A stretch of 58,241 bases of DNA, the filler included, from Stramenopiles sp. TOSAG23-2 (Eukaryota), in assembly GCA_900128395.1 (NCBI GenBank). It is 6 parts of 6 records of this genome, joined end to end, with 100 filler letters (N's around TTAATTAATTAA, not from the genome) between each part and the next. Parts side by side here need not be neighbours in the genome. Positions count along the whole stretch, not along the records: positions 29,218 to 38,842 come from LT650093.1; positions 38,943 to 48,559 come from LT650094.1; 4 more parts are not named here. One strand, 5' to 3'. The notes below the pieces were generated by a model. That model was not told the DNA's origin and made no database searches. It was given only the letters and a program-made list of their open reading frames with translations. How positions within the stretch are numbered: position 1 is the stretch's first letter; every line of letters starts with the position of its first letter. This document shows positions 35,396-46,316 of the stretch, piece by piece. The translations under genes were made by a program, and so were the position numbers.

Positions 35396-37348
35396 TTATT
35401 TTTTCACCACCTTATCTGTAACAAATGTTATTAATGGCAATAAATCTTCCACGGTTTTTTTACCAATACCATCAATATTTCTAAAATCTTCTGCATCTAC
35501 TATAATGGCCTTTTTTTCAATATAATATTGAATTTTCTCCCACGTTTTTAAACCGACATGGGGTAAAATGCCTGTATTTTTCAATTGCTTATCCTCACTT
35601 GGAAATACCTCTTCCGTTGTCAAATCATTAATTCTAAACCTACGATCTGCTTCATCTAATGCATAACGATTTCGTATAGGTTTTCGTTCATTAATTCTAG
35701 CATCATAATCACCATATTCAATGTTGTTTGTACAAATATCCCTTTCTGCACGTTGTACTGAATAATCACCTTCAACTTCTTTCTTTGTTTTGTACACTAC
35801 TTCTTCAAAAAAACGTTTGATACGGTTTTTAAGTGCAACACATTCATCACAAGCATCTCTTAACTTCATTTTTTCTTTTTTACTATCACTATCAATATTA
35901 AAAAAATCTCCAAATTTGCATAAGTTGAAATATGGTTCTTTACCAATCCTATAATTAAACCATAATTCTTTATTTAGTTCCTTCTGGTGTACATTGGTTA
36001 ACTTATCAATGATACCTTTGTACATTTTTATAATCACATCAGCCGCTTCCTTGCAAAACTCTTTTGCTGTAAATGCCTGACTTTCAAACTTTTGAAAATG
36101 CTCTTTGTAATATTTATCTCCAATACTTTTTTTCAAAATTTTTATTTTATTAATTTCTTCTTCTGTTGTGTATGTAACAGGTGCATCATCAAGTACAACA
36201 AAATACAACCCACACGGTTGAAAATCATCATCAGATGAATAATTTGAATCGCTATATTGTATTCCAATCAAATCAGCAAGTTCACCAAGACAATATGGAC
36301 TATTCAACCAAGCAGATGAAATAAAATACAAATTCAACTTTGCCTCTTGTTGTGCCCATGTGAATAAACGTTTCCAATTACGATAACCTTCCCCTTCCAT
36401 CTTACCATTACGCAATAAGTGTTTTTTCTCCTCTACCATATAATGATCAACATCGTAAGCACCACATTGCTCTCCATCAATAAACATAAAATCCATTGGC
36501 CAATATAAAGAATCACGGATATAATCACAAACTCCCCATGGTTCACGCCCAATTTTTTCACTTTCTAAGTTTATAACACTATCAGACCGTCCTTTTTTTT
36601 GGAAATCCCTACCACGTAAATTGTATCCTGGAAAAGAAACACAAACGAGTGGTTTCCACATTGGCAATCGAATAGAATTTGGTTCTTTTTCACCATCCGT
36701 ATCTTCAAGTACTATTCCTGTCACAGGTGCCAGCTTTTCACATTCAACCATTTTTTGATATAATGCATCCTTCTCTGTAACCTCGACATATAAATGTTCT
36801 TTATCAGGATCTATTTTGCTATCATTTTTAAAAAAACCATACATCTCCTTTAAAGCTGCTACACGTGAATTATTAGTTGTAGCAATATTATTATTATTAT
36901 TAACAAATAATTCTTTTTTCACATTACCTTTCTTTTTTAATGTTGATGGTAAATTGCTCTTCCATCGTATTAAATTATTGATCAAATCATTTTTAGTCCC
37001 AGAAACATGTAAATCACGTTCCCTACACATATCTTTCAGTTGATGTTTTGTAAAATTTTCATCAAGCTTTACTTTTCCTAAACCTACTAAATATTCTAAA
37101 TCCATATTATTATTATTATCATTATTGTATTTTAACTTTGACGGTGTATTTGCTTGCTTTTTATTAGATTGTGATAACTTTTTCTTCCATTTCATTAAAT
37201 TATTTATTAGATCCTCTTTATCTCCAGATACGCGCAAATCACGTTCTTTACACATCTCTTTTAATTCCACTTTTGTAAACTTTTCATAAAGCTTTACTTT
37301 TCCTAAACCTTTCAACGAGTCAATATTTTTGTCAGAAAACGAAGACAT
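35396..37348 (-). CDS. Two SAP domains + TIR-like domain + C-terminal helix-hairpin-helix pair (650 aa)
   Basis: SAP: ELKEMCKERDLRVSGDKEDLINNL and QLKDMCRERDLHVSGTKNDLINNL. TIR-like: LVCVSFPG ... LYFISSAWLNSPYCLGEL. HhH: LPHVGLKTWEKI and NIDGIGKKTVEDL. Confidence 0.75.
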   Translation of the reverse strand: MSSFSDKNIDSLKGLGKVKLYEKFTKVELKEMCKERDLRVSGDKEDLINNLMKWKKKLSQSNKKQANTPSKLKYNNDNNNNMDLEYLVGLGKVKLDENFTKHQLKDMCRERDLHVSGTKNDLINNLIRWKSNLPSTLKKKGNVKKELFVNNNNNIATTNNSRVAALKEMYGFFKNDSKIDPDKEHLYVEVTEKDALYQKMVECEKLAPVTGIVLEDTDGEKEPNSIRLPMWKPLVCVSFPGYNLRGRDFQKKGRSDSVINLESEKIGREPWGVCDYIRDSLYWPMDFMFIDGEQCGAYDVDHYMVEEKKHLLRNGKMEGEGYRNWKRLFTWAQQEAKLNLYFISSAWLNSPYCLGELADLIGIQYSDSNYSSDDDFQPCGLYFVVLDDAPVTYTTEEEINKIKILKKSIGDKYYKEHFQKFESQAFTAKEFCKEAADVIIKMYKGIIDKLTNVHQKELNKELWFNYRIGKEPYFNLCKFGDFFNIDSDSKKEKMKLRDACDECVALKNRIKRFFEEVVYKTKKEVEGDYSVQRAERDICTNNIEYGDYDARINERKPIRNRYALDEADRRFRINDLTTEEVFPSEDKQLKNTGILPHVGLKTWEKIQYYIEKKAIIVDAEDFRNIDGIGKKTVEDLLPLITFVTDKVVKK

Positions 37349-38084
37349 TTATAAATTTTAAATGCCAGAATGTATTATATATATTTATTAAAAAAAGAAA
37401 ATAATTATGATTGGCTGTATAATATTGTAAAGCAAGAATGTCAAAACCCTTCAAGCAAAAACTATATACATACACTAGTAGAGAATCAACAAAGGTATGT
37501 ACCTCTACAAATATTATGATTATTATTATGATTATTATACTTATCCGATATGTATTTATCCCCATTTACATTTATATATATAAATTAAAAAAATAAGTTA
37601 TTCATTAATAATTAAATATATATACTACTACTACTACTACTACTATATATTAATAACTCCCAAGCATGGATCAGGCTGGCAGGCACGATTCTCCCATTTT
37701 AATTTAAAGGTGCCTCGAATAGTTTAATGGTAACTGCCTACTAATAATTATTTACACTGCGTAATTATATCTATAAATATATATATCACTATTCAATAAT
37801 AAATAATAATAATAATATAAATAAATACAGTAATAATCCAAGCCAGCAAGAAGCAAGAGTTTATTATTATTATTACTATAATACATGTACCAAGTATACA
37901 TTACCAGGTACCTGGGAAAAAAAAAACTAGTCTAGATCCTCTCATCCTCTCTATTAATAATATTAATACCACCACACACTAGTGGTAGTTTTAAAGTGCC
38001 CAACAACAACAAAAAAATGGATATTACCACCATAGTGCTACATATACAATATACAGTACCACGGTGGTAGATCGCACGATCTAT

Positions 38085-38310
38085 TAGTGCATTTCAAAAT
38101 GGTAGTTAATTTAAGTACTAATTTAGAATACTAAAATATGCATATTTGATAGAGAGGTATTGGATATTGCAAAAAATCCAAAAATAGCCAATAGTGAATA
38201 TAAACTAAGAATATCCGATGTTTTGGAATATCCAATACCACCCTATCAAATATATATAAATTTTTATACTAAATTAGTACTTAAATTAACTACCATTTTG
38301 AAATGCACTA
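38085..38310. mobile_element. MITE-like foldback element with TA termini
   Basis: 42-bp perfect inverted repeat TAGTGCATTTCAAAATGGTAGTTAATTTAAGTACTAATTTAG at both ends, extending imperfectly to ~90 bp. The terminal TA could be a Tc1/mariner-type target duplication. Confidence 0.8.
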
Positions 38311-38511
38311 CTACTAATATAATCCTTCTCCATTTACAAGGAATAATGCACGAATTATAATATATTGAAATTATACGAGGACCTCGGAACTCGGAATACC
38401 ACCAGTACACATGAGTGCATATGCACACGCGCAACTTATAAAGAGAAGAAAATAAAACAAAGGAAGCAAAAGATAAACAAAAGACGCAATAAAATTAATT
38501 TGGAAATAACA

Positions 38512-38842
38512 ATGTCCGCGTTAGTTGAAGCTAGACCGTCCATACCACTTGAGATTGATTGCGACGGATTAAAAGCAAAATGTGAAATGCCTTTTACTAA
38601 GAATTTACAATCCAGTGATGTTGAACTGTTTGTAAAAAACAAATACAACTTAAATAACCATAAAATTAATGTATACAGAGAAAGCTATTACAATTTATGG
38701 GATGTTATCAAATATCATCTTAATCTTTTAAAAGCTAGGAAGGTATACGTTGACGGACAAAAAATTGATGAAATGCATTACAAAGGCACGAAAAAAACTT
38801 CCAAGCTTCCAAATGCTTTGTTGCAACACATTTTTGGGGGGG
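38512..38842 (+). CDS. Hypothetical protein, 3' truncated by contig end
   Basis: ATG at 38512 (MSALVEARPSIP...), open to the gap; no family recognised. Confidence 0.4.
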
Positions 38843-38942
38843 NNNNNNNNNNNNNNNNNNNNNNNNNNNNNNNNNNNNNNNNNNNNTTAATTAATTAANN
38901 NNNNNNNNNNNNNNNNNNNNNNNNNNNNNNNNNNNNNNNNNN
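38843..38942. other. Artificial contig linker
   Basis: Same 100-nt spacer. Confidence 0.99.
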
Positions 38943-38969
38943 TGATAAATGGGAGATCTTTTAACATCT

Positions 38970-40100
38970 TTATGCACTGAACGTAAGTTTGATTTTTTTC
39001 AGTTTCATTTCTTCAAACATATTCATTCTTTTTGTTGCTTTTTTCGGTGTAGTTTTATTTTTCTTGTTCTTACTTGTATTTTTCTTTTTTTGACTTCTAA
39101 TCTCTTCAAATAGACTTGTTCTTCTAGGCCAAAAAGTCGCATCACTACTTTTTGTTTTGCGTAAATTTTTTATATCATCTAAAAGTATTTTCGGGACACT
39201 TGGTCTTTTTTCTTTTTTTCCATCTTCTTCATCATCATTTCTTTTTTCACTATTGCTATTATTTTTTTTTAATATGTGTTTTCCTGATTTTTGAATAGAA
39301 GCAAATAGTGCAATTCTTTCCTTTGATTTTTTCCTTATTACATTTGGTGATGATTTTGGTTTTACTAATTTACGTACTGGTGGACAAGAATATGTCTTTT
39401 TCAACAGCTTTGCATAGCTGACAGCTTCCGGATCAACACTTCTACGACGTATATCCGATAATAAATTCACTGGCATATTACTCTTTCTTCGTTTTTGTTG
39501 TTGTGATGGTAATTGAGTTTTCATATTCTTATTATAATTACTCTTGATGTTTGCTTTTGGCTTATTAATGGCTTTTAAGCTTTTTTTTCTTGGAAATTTT
39601 CGAATATCAGATAATAATGAATTTCTTGGTTGATTCGATGTTTTTAATACAGTTGACTTCGAAGTTTTCTTTGCCACGTTATTATTATTAATAATAATAT
39701 TATTGCCAGCATTCAATTTAACGTTATTAGTCCTACCCTTCTTGCTTTTTCGAATATCAGCTAATAATGAATTTCTTGATTGATCCTGTTTTTTCTTCAT
39801 TAAAAGTCTTTCCCCAGTACCGTATTCCATTTGAAAATCAGTTCCTTGATTAGTGACAATTTTAACTTGGTTTAAGTCATCAATATTATCAGTTTGTGTC
39901 GATGTATGCCTTTGTTCGCTTGCATTGGTTATACGTTTTAAAACCGGAGTTTGCTTTGGTTTCTGCCTTTCATTATTATTCTTATTATTATCATCATCTA
40001 TGTATTGTTCATAGACATATGTACCAAGTTGATATGCGCAATATATTGTACAACCATAAGAGACATATTTTCTTATCATCGTAAATGGCGTGCCACTCAT
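38970..40100 (-). CDS. Tandem WH2-like repeat protein with an N-terminal hydrophobic anchor
   Basis: RNSLLADIRK, RNSLLSDIRKFPRKKSLK, NLLSDIRR, RIALFASIQKSGKHILKK, ILLDDIKNLRKT, RTSLFEEIRS, RMNMFEEMKLKKIKL; anchor YVSYGCTIYCAYQLGTYVY. Confidence 0.7.
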   Translation of the reverse strand: MSGTPFTMIRKYVSYGCTIYCAYQLGTYVYEQYIDDDNNKNNNERQKPKQTPVLKRITNASEQRHTSTQTDNIDDLNQVKIVTNQGTDFQMEYGTGERLLMKKKQDQSRNSLLADIRKSKKGRTNNVKLNAGNNIIINNNNVAKKTSKSTVLKTSNQPRNSLLSDIRKFPRKKSLKAINKPKANIKSNYNKNMKTQLPSQQQKRRKSNMPVNLLSDIRRRSVDPEAVSYAKLLKKTYSCPPVRKLVKPKSSPNVIRKKSKERIALFASIQKSGKHILKKNNSNSEKRNDDEEDGKKEKRPSVPKILLDDIKNLRKTKSSDATFWPRRTSLFEEIRSQKKKNTSKNKKNKTTPKKATKRMNMFEEMKLKKIKLTFSA

Positions 40101-40754
40101 CGTTATTAATTATTCGCGCCGTTTGTGTGTATATATATATTTTCCGTTGTTTATTATTATTACGTATACTTCTATAAAAACTTGGAGAGAATATAAAAAA
40201 TCAGATATATATATATTTTCAAATAAGTATGTATAAAAAAAGATATCTATCCACGAAACTGTCGTCTCGGAGTGATGTTGCGAGTCGCACATTCTGTCAT
40301 TCTCCCTGTTGTGATGTGCTGATAGATCCGGGAGATCAGATAAGCAGACCAGCTGATCAAATGAAAGAAACAAAATCCCTTAAGAATCCAAATCCATTTT
40401 TCTGATTTTATAAAAATTCGGTAAATATATCATTAGGATCATAGTTGAACTTTAAGTATAATTATATTAGTCTTTGTTACTTTGAATATGTGCGCTGTCC
40501 AACACAAATAAAAATGGTATAAAAAATAATTAATAATATAATCCATAAATTTTTTAATCTAAAAAAGAATATAAATGATCTCCACGATTTACGTATAGGA
40601 GATATAGAGATATAAATACTTATATGGTATGTGATGTGAATATCAGATATTGGATATTTCATTGTATATAATCCATTTTATCTTCGTTTATTTTCTTCCA
40701 ATTATATACACCACAAGTGCACGAATCGATACTATCGGAGTGGATAATAATTCA

Positions 40755-43700
40755 ATGGAACAAAATGATAAAAATAATGATGTGGAAATGCCACTATTAA
40801 ATGAAACACAATCAACAATAAATAATAATAATAATAATAATAATAATGATAAAAATAATAATAATAAAGCAATTGATGCAGTGTTTTGGAAGCGTACGAA
40901 AGTTTTGATTAAACTTGGATTCAAAAGTTGGACCAGCTATGCATCAATAAGGATTTATGTTTTTTCCGTTATATTGATAGTTTCGTCCTATGTTAATTTT
41001 ATCATGGCTATTTCCATTATGTCTGAATTTTATTCACCATTGTTAAAATGTGATTTAGAAACCTATTGGTCTAACCTATCCATTTTTATGTTGAAATACA
41101 TTGTCCTTGTCATATTTAAAGTTCTTGTTGGGTATTATGGCGCTAAATTAAGATTAGAATGGAGGACGGAAATTGTATCAAATTTACAATATACAATATG
41201 TTCTCAACGAAATCTTGCAAATTATTTAATCAACATTCAACATTCTGTGGATAATGTAGACCAAAGAGTTGCGGAGGATGTGGAAGTATCTACAGTTTTT
41301 TTATGGCAATTTTTATTTGGAAATACAACTAGTAAAGGTTTAATTGAAAGTATTAGCGACGTTGTGATAGCAATCATTGCATTATTTAATCTTGGTTTTG
41401 TTTATTTCATCTTGGTATTATCTTACAATGTATTATTTTTAATTATAAATTTTATCATTATGAGGCCAATCGTAAAATTACAATTTGCGCAGCAAGTATT
41501 AGAAGGTATTTTTCGTTACGTCCATCTTCGTATTCGTGAATTCAGTGAAAGTATTACATTTTATCGTGGTGTTGGTATTGAAAAGAAAACATCGGATGAT
41601 GCCTTCAAAAAGCTATACGTAAATCAGAAGAAGTTTATAAATAGGCAAGCAATAGTGCAGCTAGTTCGTCAATATTTTACATTGTTTAATCCAATATTTT
41701 GCTTTGGCATGATTGTATTTGTACCATCTCCAAATTCTTCTGGTACACTTAGTGGAGGTGGTTTCTCACAAACATCTATTATATTTTCCACATTACAAAG
41801 CTCAATTACCCCGATCATCAATATAGTAGCATTGTCTTCGCAAATAGCACAGATTGCTGGGACAGTGCATCGAGTTGGGGATCTGATTGAAAAAATAAAC
41901 AATGCTATTGGACTTTTGAAAATAAATGAAGAAAGGCAACGTCCAATAACTGCTGTTCACCGAGAAATAACAGATGAGGAAGTGAATAATAATGAAATTC
42001 AAGTAATAAATGTATCTTGTAAATTGCCGTCTGAGAATGGTAATGAGAATAGAACACTGTTTGATGATTTGACTTTTAATGTAAAAGCAGGTGAACCGAC
42101 AATAATTGTTGGTCCAAGCGGATCGGGAAAGACTAGTTTGCTTCGTATTTTAGGTGGCTTATGGCCAACAAAAGGCAGTGGCACAATAAAAAAACCAAAT
42201 AAAATTGGATACAATGGTATCTTTTTTTTGCCGCAAAGGCCATATTTATCATTGTCAACATTAAGAGAGCAATTTATTTATCCACATACGATTAAAGATA
42301 TTGCTAATGGTGTTGATGCGTTGGACAAGAAATTGTACAAATATTTGCAATTGTTGCATTTAGATCATTTATTAGATGATTATAGTTTTGATTCGATTGA
42401 AAATTGGTCTGATATTTTCAGTGGAGGTGAACAACAACGTGTTGGTTTTGTCCGAGTTTTCTATCATCGTCCAAAATTTTGTATCATGGATGAAGCAACA
42501 TCAGCATTAGATGTCGACTTAGAGACTGTATGCATGAATGCATGTCATCAATTTAATGTCACATGCATATCTGTTGGGCATAGATCTACATTAACAAAAT
42601 TTCATGTACAAGAATTAAGATTACATGGTGATGGTAATTATTCTGTGAAAAATCTAACAAGCTCGCCAGATAAAGTATATTTATCATCTTCAAATACTAC
42701 TACTACTGAAAATATTTTCGAGGATGATGATGATGATAGTAACAATAATTCAAATGTAGATCATAAAAAATGGAGGACAAAGATTCCATCAAATACTATC
42801 AATTCGCTTGTCTCTACTATAAATAATAATGCCACATGCGCCACACGTATGAGTGAAGTGAAAGTAATTTGGTCACGACTTTTACATTTATTATATATTG
42901 GCTTTTCAGGATTTCGAAGCATGCAAACATTTAAGATTATTCTTGCAATTATCTTCCAAATCGGGTTTGTATATTCTAATACACATTTTGTATTGCAATA
43001 TTTTAATCCAACAATATTGTCTGAAATTTCCGCCTCAAATGGAAATTCAGCCAGCAATATTTTGCTATACATGATAGTTGTTATTATCATGGGAATTTTT
43101 TTCATCTTATCTCAATGGTTACCAAAACGTGTTGGTTTAGAATGGAGGCGTCGTTTAGTGAATTATTTACATGCAAAATACCTCAAGTTAACTAACGTAT
43201 ATGCAATGAACCACTTGCAAACTGACGTTGATAATATTGATCAACGCATAGCAACCGATGTGAAACAATTTGCAGCATCAATGAAATCATCTGATTTTAT
43301 GGATAACATATTTGGTTATGGAGGGTTATTGGGTACGTTAATAAATTTAATTGTTGCTATTGCAGTTGGTAATTTATCCTTTACAATAATTTCAATGACA
43401 TTGTTATACGCTTCGATTACCATGATTGCAATGGGGTATTTCATGATTAAAGTTGCAAAAGCAAAATATACATTAAGCAAAAACGAAGGAGATTTTAGGC
43501 GATCGATTGCGCGAAGTTATGAATTTGCTGAAAGTATTGCTTTTTTTGGTGGGGAAATGGCTGAGTATGAAAGCGGTCAATTTGAATATGGAAAATTAGT
43601 TAAAGTGTATGAAAGATTCATAGAAGTTGATTATCAATTACAAGCTTTGCGAGCACTTACTGGGACGTTGTCCATCGTAATCAGTTCAGCGTTTTATGTT

Positions 43701-44663
43701 ATTTTTGTTGTCGGTCCAAATTGTGATCCAAGTACATTAACGTTGTTTGGATTGATGGGTGGCAATGCTATAGTTCAACAATTGATCACTAGTGTTGTTA
43801 GTATTCCAACATCGATATCAAAATTTTCATCTACAATCGGTAATTTAAATAGAATTAGCATCTTAGATGAAGCATTACAATCATTAAAAGGTAATAATAA
43901 TAATAATAATGGTGGTAACAACGATATGGATGGAAACGAGAATGATCGTGGATTTATGAATACGAGGAATGGAGGCGGGGAGACAATTGCTAATGAAAAT
44001 GCTATAATTGTCTCAAATGTTTCTTGTAAAATACCATTTGGAACAAAACAATTATTTTCCGATTTAGATTTTCAAGTTAATGAATCTGATTCGTTAATTG
44101 TTATGGGACCTAGTGGTAGTGGTAAAACAAGTTTAGTGCGATTATTAGGTGGTTTATGGCCATTTCAATCTGGAACCATTAGTAAACCGCAGAAAATTGG
44201 AAAGGATGGGCTTTTCTTTTTACCACAAAGACCTTACTTAGCATTAGGGACGTTACGAGCACAATTGATATATCCAGATCAAGAACAAGAGAAAGGTAGA
44301 TATAACGATACAGAATTGAGAGAATTATTAACCTTGGTAAAAATGGGTCATTTGCTAGTTGATGGTGATGGTTTGGATAACATAGCACCATGGTCTGATA
44401 TTTTAAGTGGTGGGGAGCAACAACGTATAGGTTTTGTACGTTTATTTTATCATCGTCCAAAATTTTGTATCATGGATGAAGCAACTGCTGCGCTTGATGA
44501 AGAAAGTGAACGGATATGCATGACACAATGTAAATCTCGAGGTATTTCTTTTATCAGTGTTGGTCATCGCTTAAGTTTGATAAAATATCATACCAAAAAA
44601 ATAACATTAAAATTAAATCAGGGGCCTGATGGTGGTAGTACATACGAAATTGAAGATATTTAG
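40755..44663 (+). CDS. Full-size ABC transporter, subfamily D (TMD-NBD-TMD-NBD)
   Basis: Each motif occurs twice: DN.DQR.A.DV, EG.FR ... ESI.F..G, GPSGSGKTSL.R.LGGLWP, FLPQRPY, SGGEQQR.GF.R.FYHRP...DEAT, SVGHR. The first ATG is at 40755 (the ORF track begins at TTG 40650). Confidence 0.95.
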   Translation: MEQNDKNNDVEMPLLNETQSTINNNNNNNNNDKNNNNKAIDAVFWKRTKVLIKLGFKSWTSYASIRIYVFSVILIVSSYVNFIMAISIMSEFYSPLLKCDLETYWSNLSIFMLKYIVLVIFKVLVGYYGAKLRLEWRTEIVSNLQYTICSQRNLANYLINIQHSVDNVDQRVAEDVEVSTVFLWQFLFGNTTSKGLIESISDVVIAIIALFNLGFVYFILVLSYNVLFLIINFIIMRPIVKLQFAQQVLEGIFRYVHLRIREFSESITFYRGVGIEKKTSDDAFKKLYVNQKKFINRQAIVQLVRQYFTLFNPIFCFGMIVFVPSPNSSGTLSGGGFSQTSIIFSTLQSSITPIINIVALSSQIAQIAGTVHRVGDLIEKINNAIGLLKINEERQRPITAVHREITDEEVNNNEIQVINVSCKLPSENGNENRTLFDDLTFNVKAGEPTIIVGPSGSGKTSLLRILGGLWPTKGSGTIKKPNKIGYNGIFFLPQRPYLSLSTLREQFIYPHTIKDIANGVDALDKKLYKYLQLLHLDHLLDDYSFDSIENWSDIFSGGEQQRVGFVRVFYHRPKFCIMDEATSALDVDLETVCMNACHQFNVTCISVGHRSTLTKFHVQELRLHGDGNYSVKNLTSSPDKVYLSSSNTTTTENIFEDDDDDSNNNSNVDHKKWRTKIPSNTINSLVSTINNNATCATRMSEVKVIWSRLLHLLYIGFSGFRSMQTFKIILAIIFQIGFVYSNTHFVLQYFNPTILSEISASNGNSASNILLYMIVVIIMGIFFILSQWLPKRVGLEWRRRLVNYLHAKYLKLTNVYAMNHLQTDVDNIDQRIATDVKQFAASMKSSDFMDNIFGYGGLLGTLINLIVAIAVGNLSFTIISMTLLYASITMIAMGYFMIKVAKAKYTLSKNEGDFRRSIARSYEFAESIAFFGGEMAEYESGQFEYGKLVKVYERFIEVDYQLQALRALTGTLSIVISSAFYVIFVVGPNCDPSTLTLFGLMGGNAIVQQLITSVVSIPTSISKFSSTIGNLNRISILDEALQSLKGNNNNNNGGNNDMDGNENDRGFMNTRNGGGETIANENAIIVSNVSCKIPFGTKQLFSDLDFQVNESDSLIVMGPSGSGKTSLVRLLGGLWPFQSGTISKPQKIGKDGLFFLPQRPYLALGTLRAQLIYPDQEQEKGRYNDTELRELLTLVKMGHLLVDGDGLDNIAPWSDILSGGEQQRIGFVRLFYHRPKFCIMDEATAALDEESERICMTQCKSRGISFISVGHRLSLIKYHTKKITLKLNQGPDGGSTYEIEDI

Positions 44664-44873
44664 GAAGGGAGGGGGTATATCACACTTTTAATACGTTCGT
44701 AAAAAATATTTTTTAATTTTTTTTAAAAAAAGTTTTTTTTTTAAATATTTTTATACAGTTCGTACGAAGCTTCGTACATCTCACACATGTGAATCATACT
44801 GCTGCTGTATTTTATCACCCTCTTGTCTATCTATACTATCTCGCACAATTGTCTTTATCACACGCACCCAGAT

Positions 44874-46316
44874 CTAACTTTTCTTCTTCAATTGATTTGT
44901 TACTATACTAATAATATCTTGAAGATACATGATATTATTATTATATAAAAGATTCAATGCAACTTTGTATTGCAATTCATCTTTCACACCTTCACTATTT
45001 TTAATTTGATCTAAATCAAATTTATGAAGTTTTTCTAATTTTTCTTTCAGTTCTTTTTGATATTTCATCATATATTCATTGCTTTGATTACCACCAGTTT
45101 CAATTAATATTGCTTCATATTTCATGACTTCATATGAAAAAATAATTTGTTTTTTGGTTATTCTTAAGCTTTTTTGAACTTCATTTAGATAAGTTGCATT
45201 GATTATCCAATCCAATGGCAACGGCATAGAGTCGCTATCGCTGTTGTTACTACTATTTTTACTACTTGCAAAGGTAAAAAAATTCTTTTTTTTACAAGCA
45301 ATTATATCATTTACTTGACGCATACGGGTCAATACATTGGATGGATCTTCAAATGTCAATTCAAACATATCCTCGCTTTCAACATCTTTTGTAACTTGTT
45401 CCAATAATTTTGATCCATGGCCTTGTCGTTGATTTGTTGGTAAAGTTACAATTTGGCAAACTCGTAATGCTTTTTGTCTCTCTTTTCGAAATGGATTTGT
45501 AAATTCAAGTGCAGTCATATATGCAACGAATTTACGAGTATAATTATTCGTAGTAGTAGTGCTATCATTATTTGGACCAGCTGAAGAAGATGTTAATAAT
45601 TGATATGTTGTATATACTCTCCAACGATGATCATCTAAATCAACTGGAGATGCACCATCAATTAAGTATAATGCCAATGTTTCCAATCGCTCATGTTGGT
45701 CTTTTTCTTCTTTAGATTCAGAAGGAAGAGAACGATATACTTCGAATGTACCAAATTTATTTGAAAATGTTTCTACTTTAACACCAGGTGGAACATGCGA
45801 GCAGCCGTTCAATTCAGTTGTCAATTGTTGGCGAAAAATTTCTTTGTTTTTAGTATAACCAGGTGGCAATCCATACTCTGCATTTAATTTTGCTTCTGGC
45901 GTATCTTTCTCTGGATCTGCTCCAATCGCTAATAAACGATCATCAAATGACATTTGAAAAAAACTATTTGCACCACTAGGTGTATAAAACAAACGAAGTT
46001 TTAAATTTTTAAAACCAACAATTGTTTCACTATCACCAAAAAATTGATGTGTAAATTCAGGTACAAAAGATTGAACGACACCTTCATCATCTTCATCATC
46101 TGAATCATCTTCATTATTGAGATCGTTTAAATTTGTTAAAAATTTTATCCTCATCACATTATTTGCTTTGCAAATGTATTCAGAACCATCCGTCTCTACT
46201 TCATGCATTTCCATTCTCTGTTTTTTCCTTGGAGGTTGAAATACATTTGAACTATTATTACTATTATTATTATTGTTCATTTTATAATTATTATTTTCTT
46301 GCAACGGAGCGATCAT
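44874..46316 (-). CDS. HAT1: Histone acetyltransferase type B catalytic subunit (start uncertain)
   Basis: F.PEFTHQFFGDSETIVGFKNLKL, IDGASPVDLDD..W, RVCQIVTLP..QRQGHGSKLL, ELTFEDPS. Confidence 0.9.
   Translation of the reverse strand: MIAPLQENNNYKMNNNNNSNNSSNVFQPPRKKQRMEMHEVETDGSEYICKANNVMRIKFLTNLNDLNNEDDSDDEDDEGVVQSFVPEFTHQFFGDSETIVGFKNLKLRLFYTPSGANSFFQMSFDDRLLAIGADPEKDTPEAKLNAEYGLPPGYTKNKEIFRQQLTTELNGCSHVPPGVKVETFSNKFGTFEVYRSLPSESKEEKDQHERLETLALYLIDGASPVDLDDHRWRVYTTYQLLTSSSAGPNNDSTTTTNNYTRKFVAYMTALEFTNPFRKERQKALRVCQIVTLPTNQRQGHGSKLLEQVTKDVESEDMFELTFEDPSNVLTRMRQVNDIIACKKKNFFTFASSKNSSNNSDSDSMPLPLDWIINATYLNEVQKSLRITKKQIIFSYEVMKYEAILIETGGNQSNEYMMKYQKELKEKLEKLHKFDLDQIKNSEGVKDELQYKVALNLLYNNNIMYLQDIISIVTNQLKKKS

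Noticed and set aside
33773-37348. Thoeris-like SIR2 + TIR gene pair
   Set aside because: The sirtuin is a canonical zinc-binding class I deacetylase with no SLOG or macro domain, so adjacency alone is not evidence of a system.
40272-40356. Possible C/D box snoRNA (GTGATGT ... CTGA)
   Set aside because: Box C is imperfect, with no convincing terminal stem or recognisable guide.
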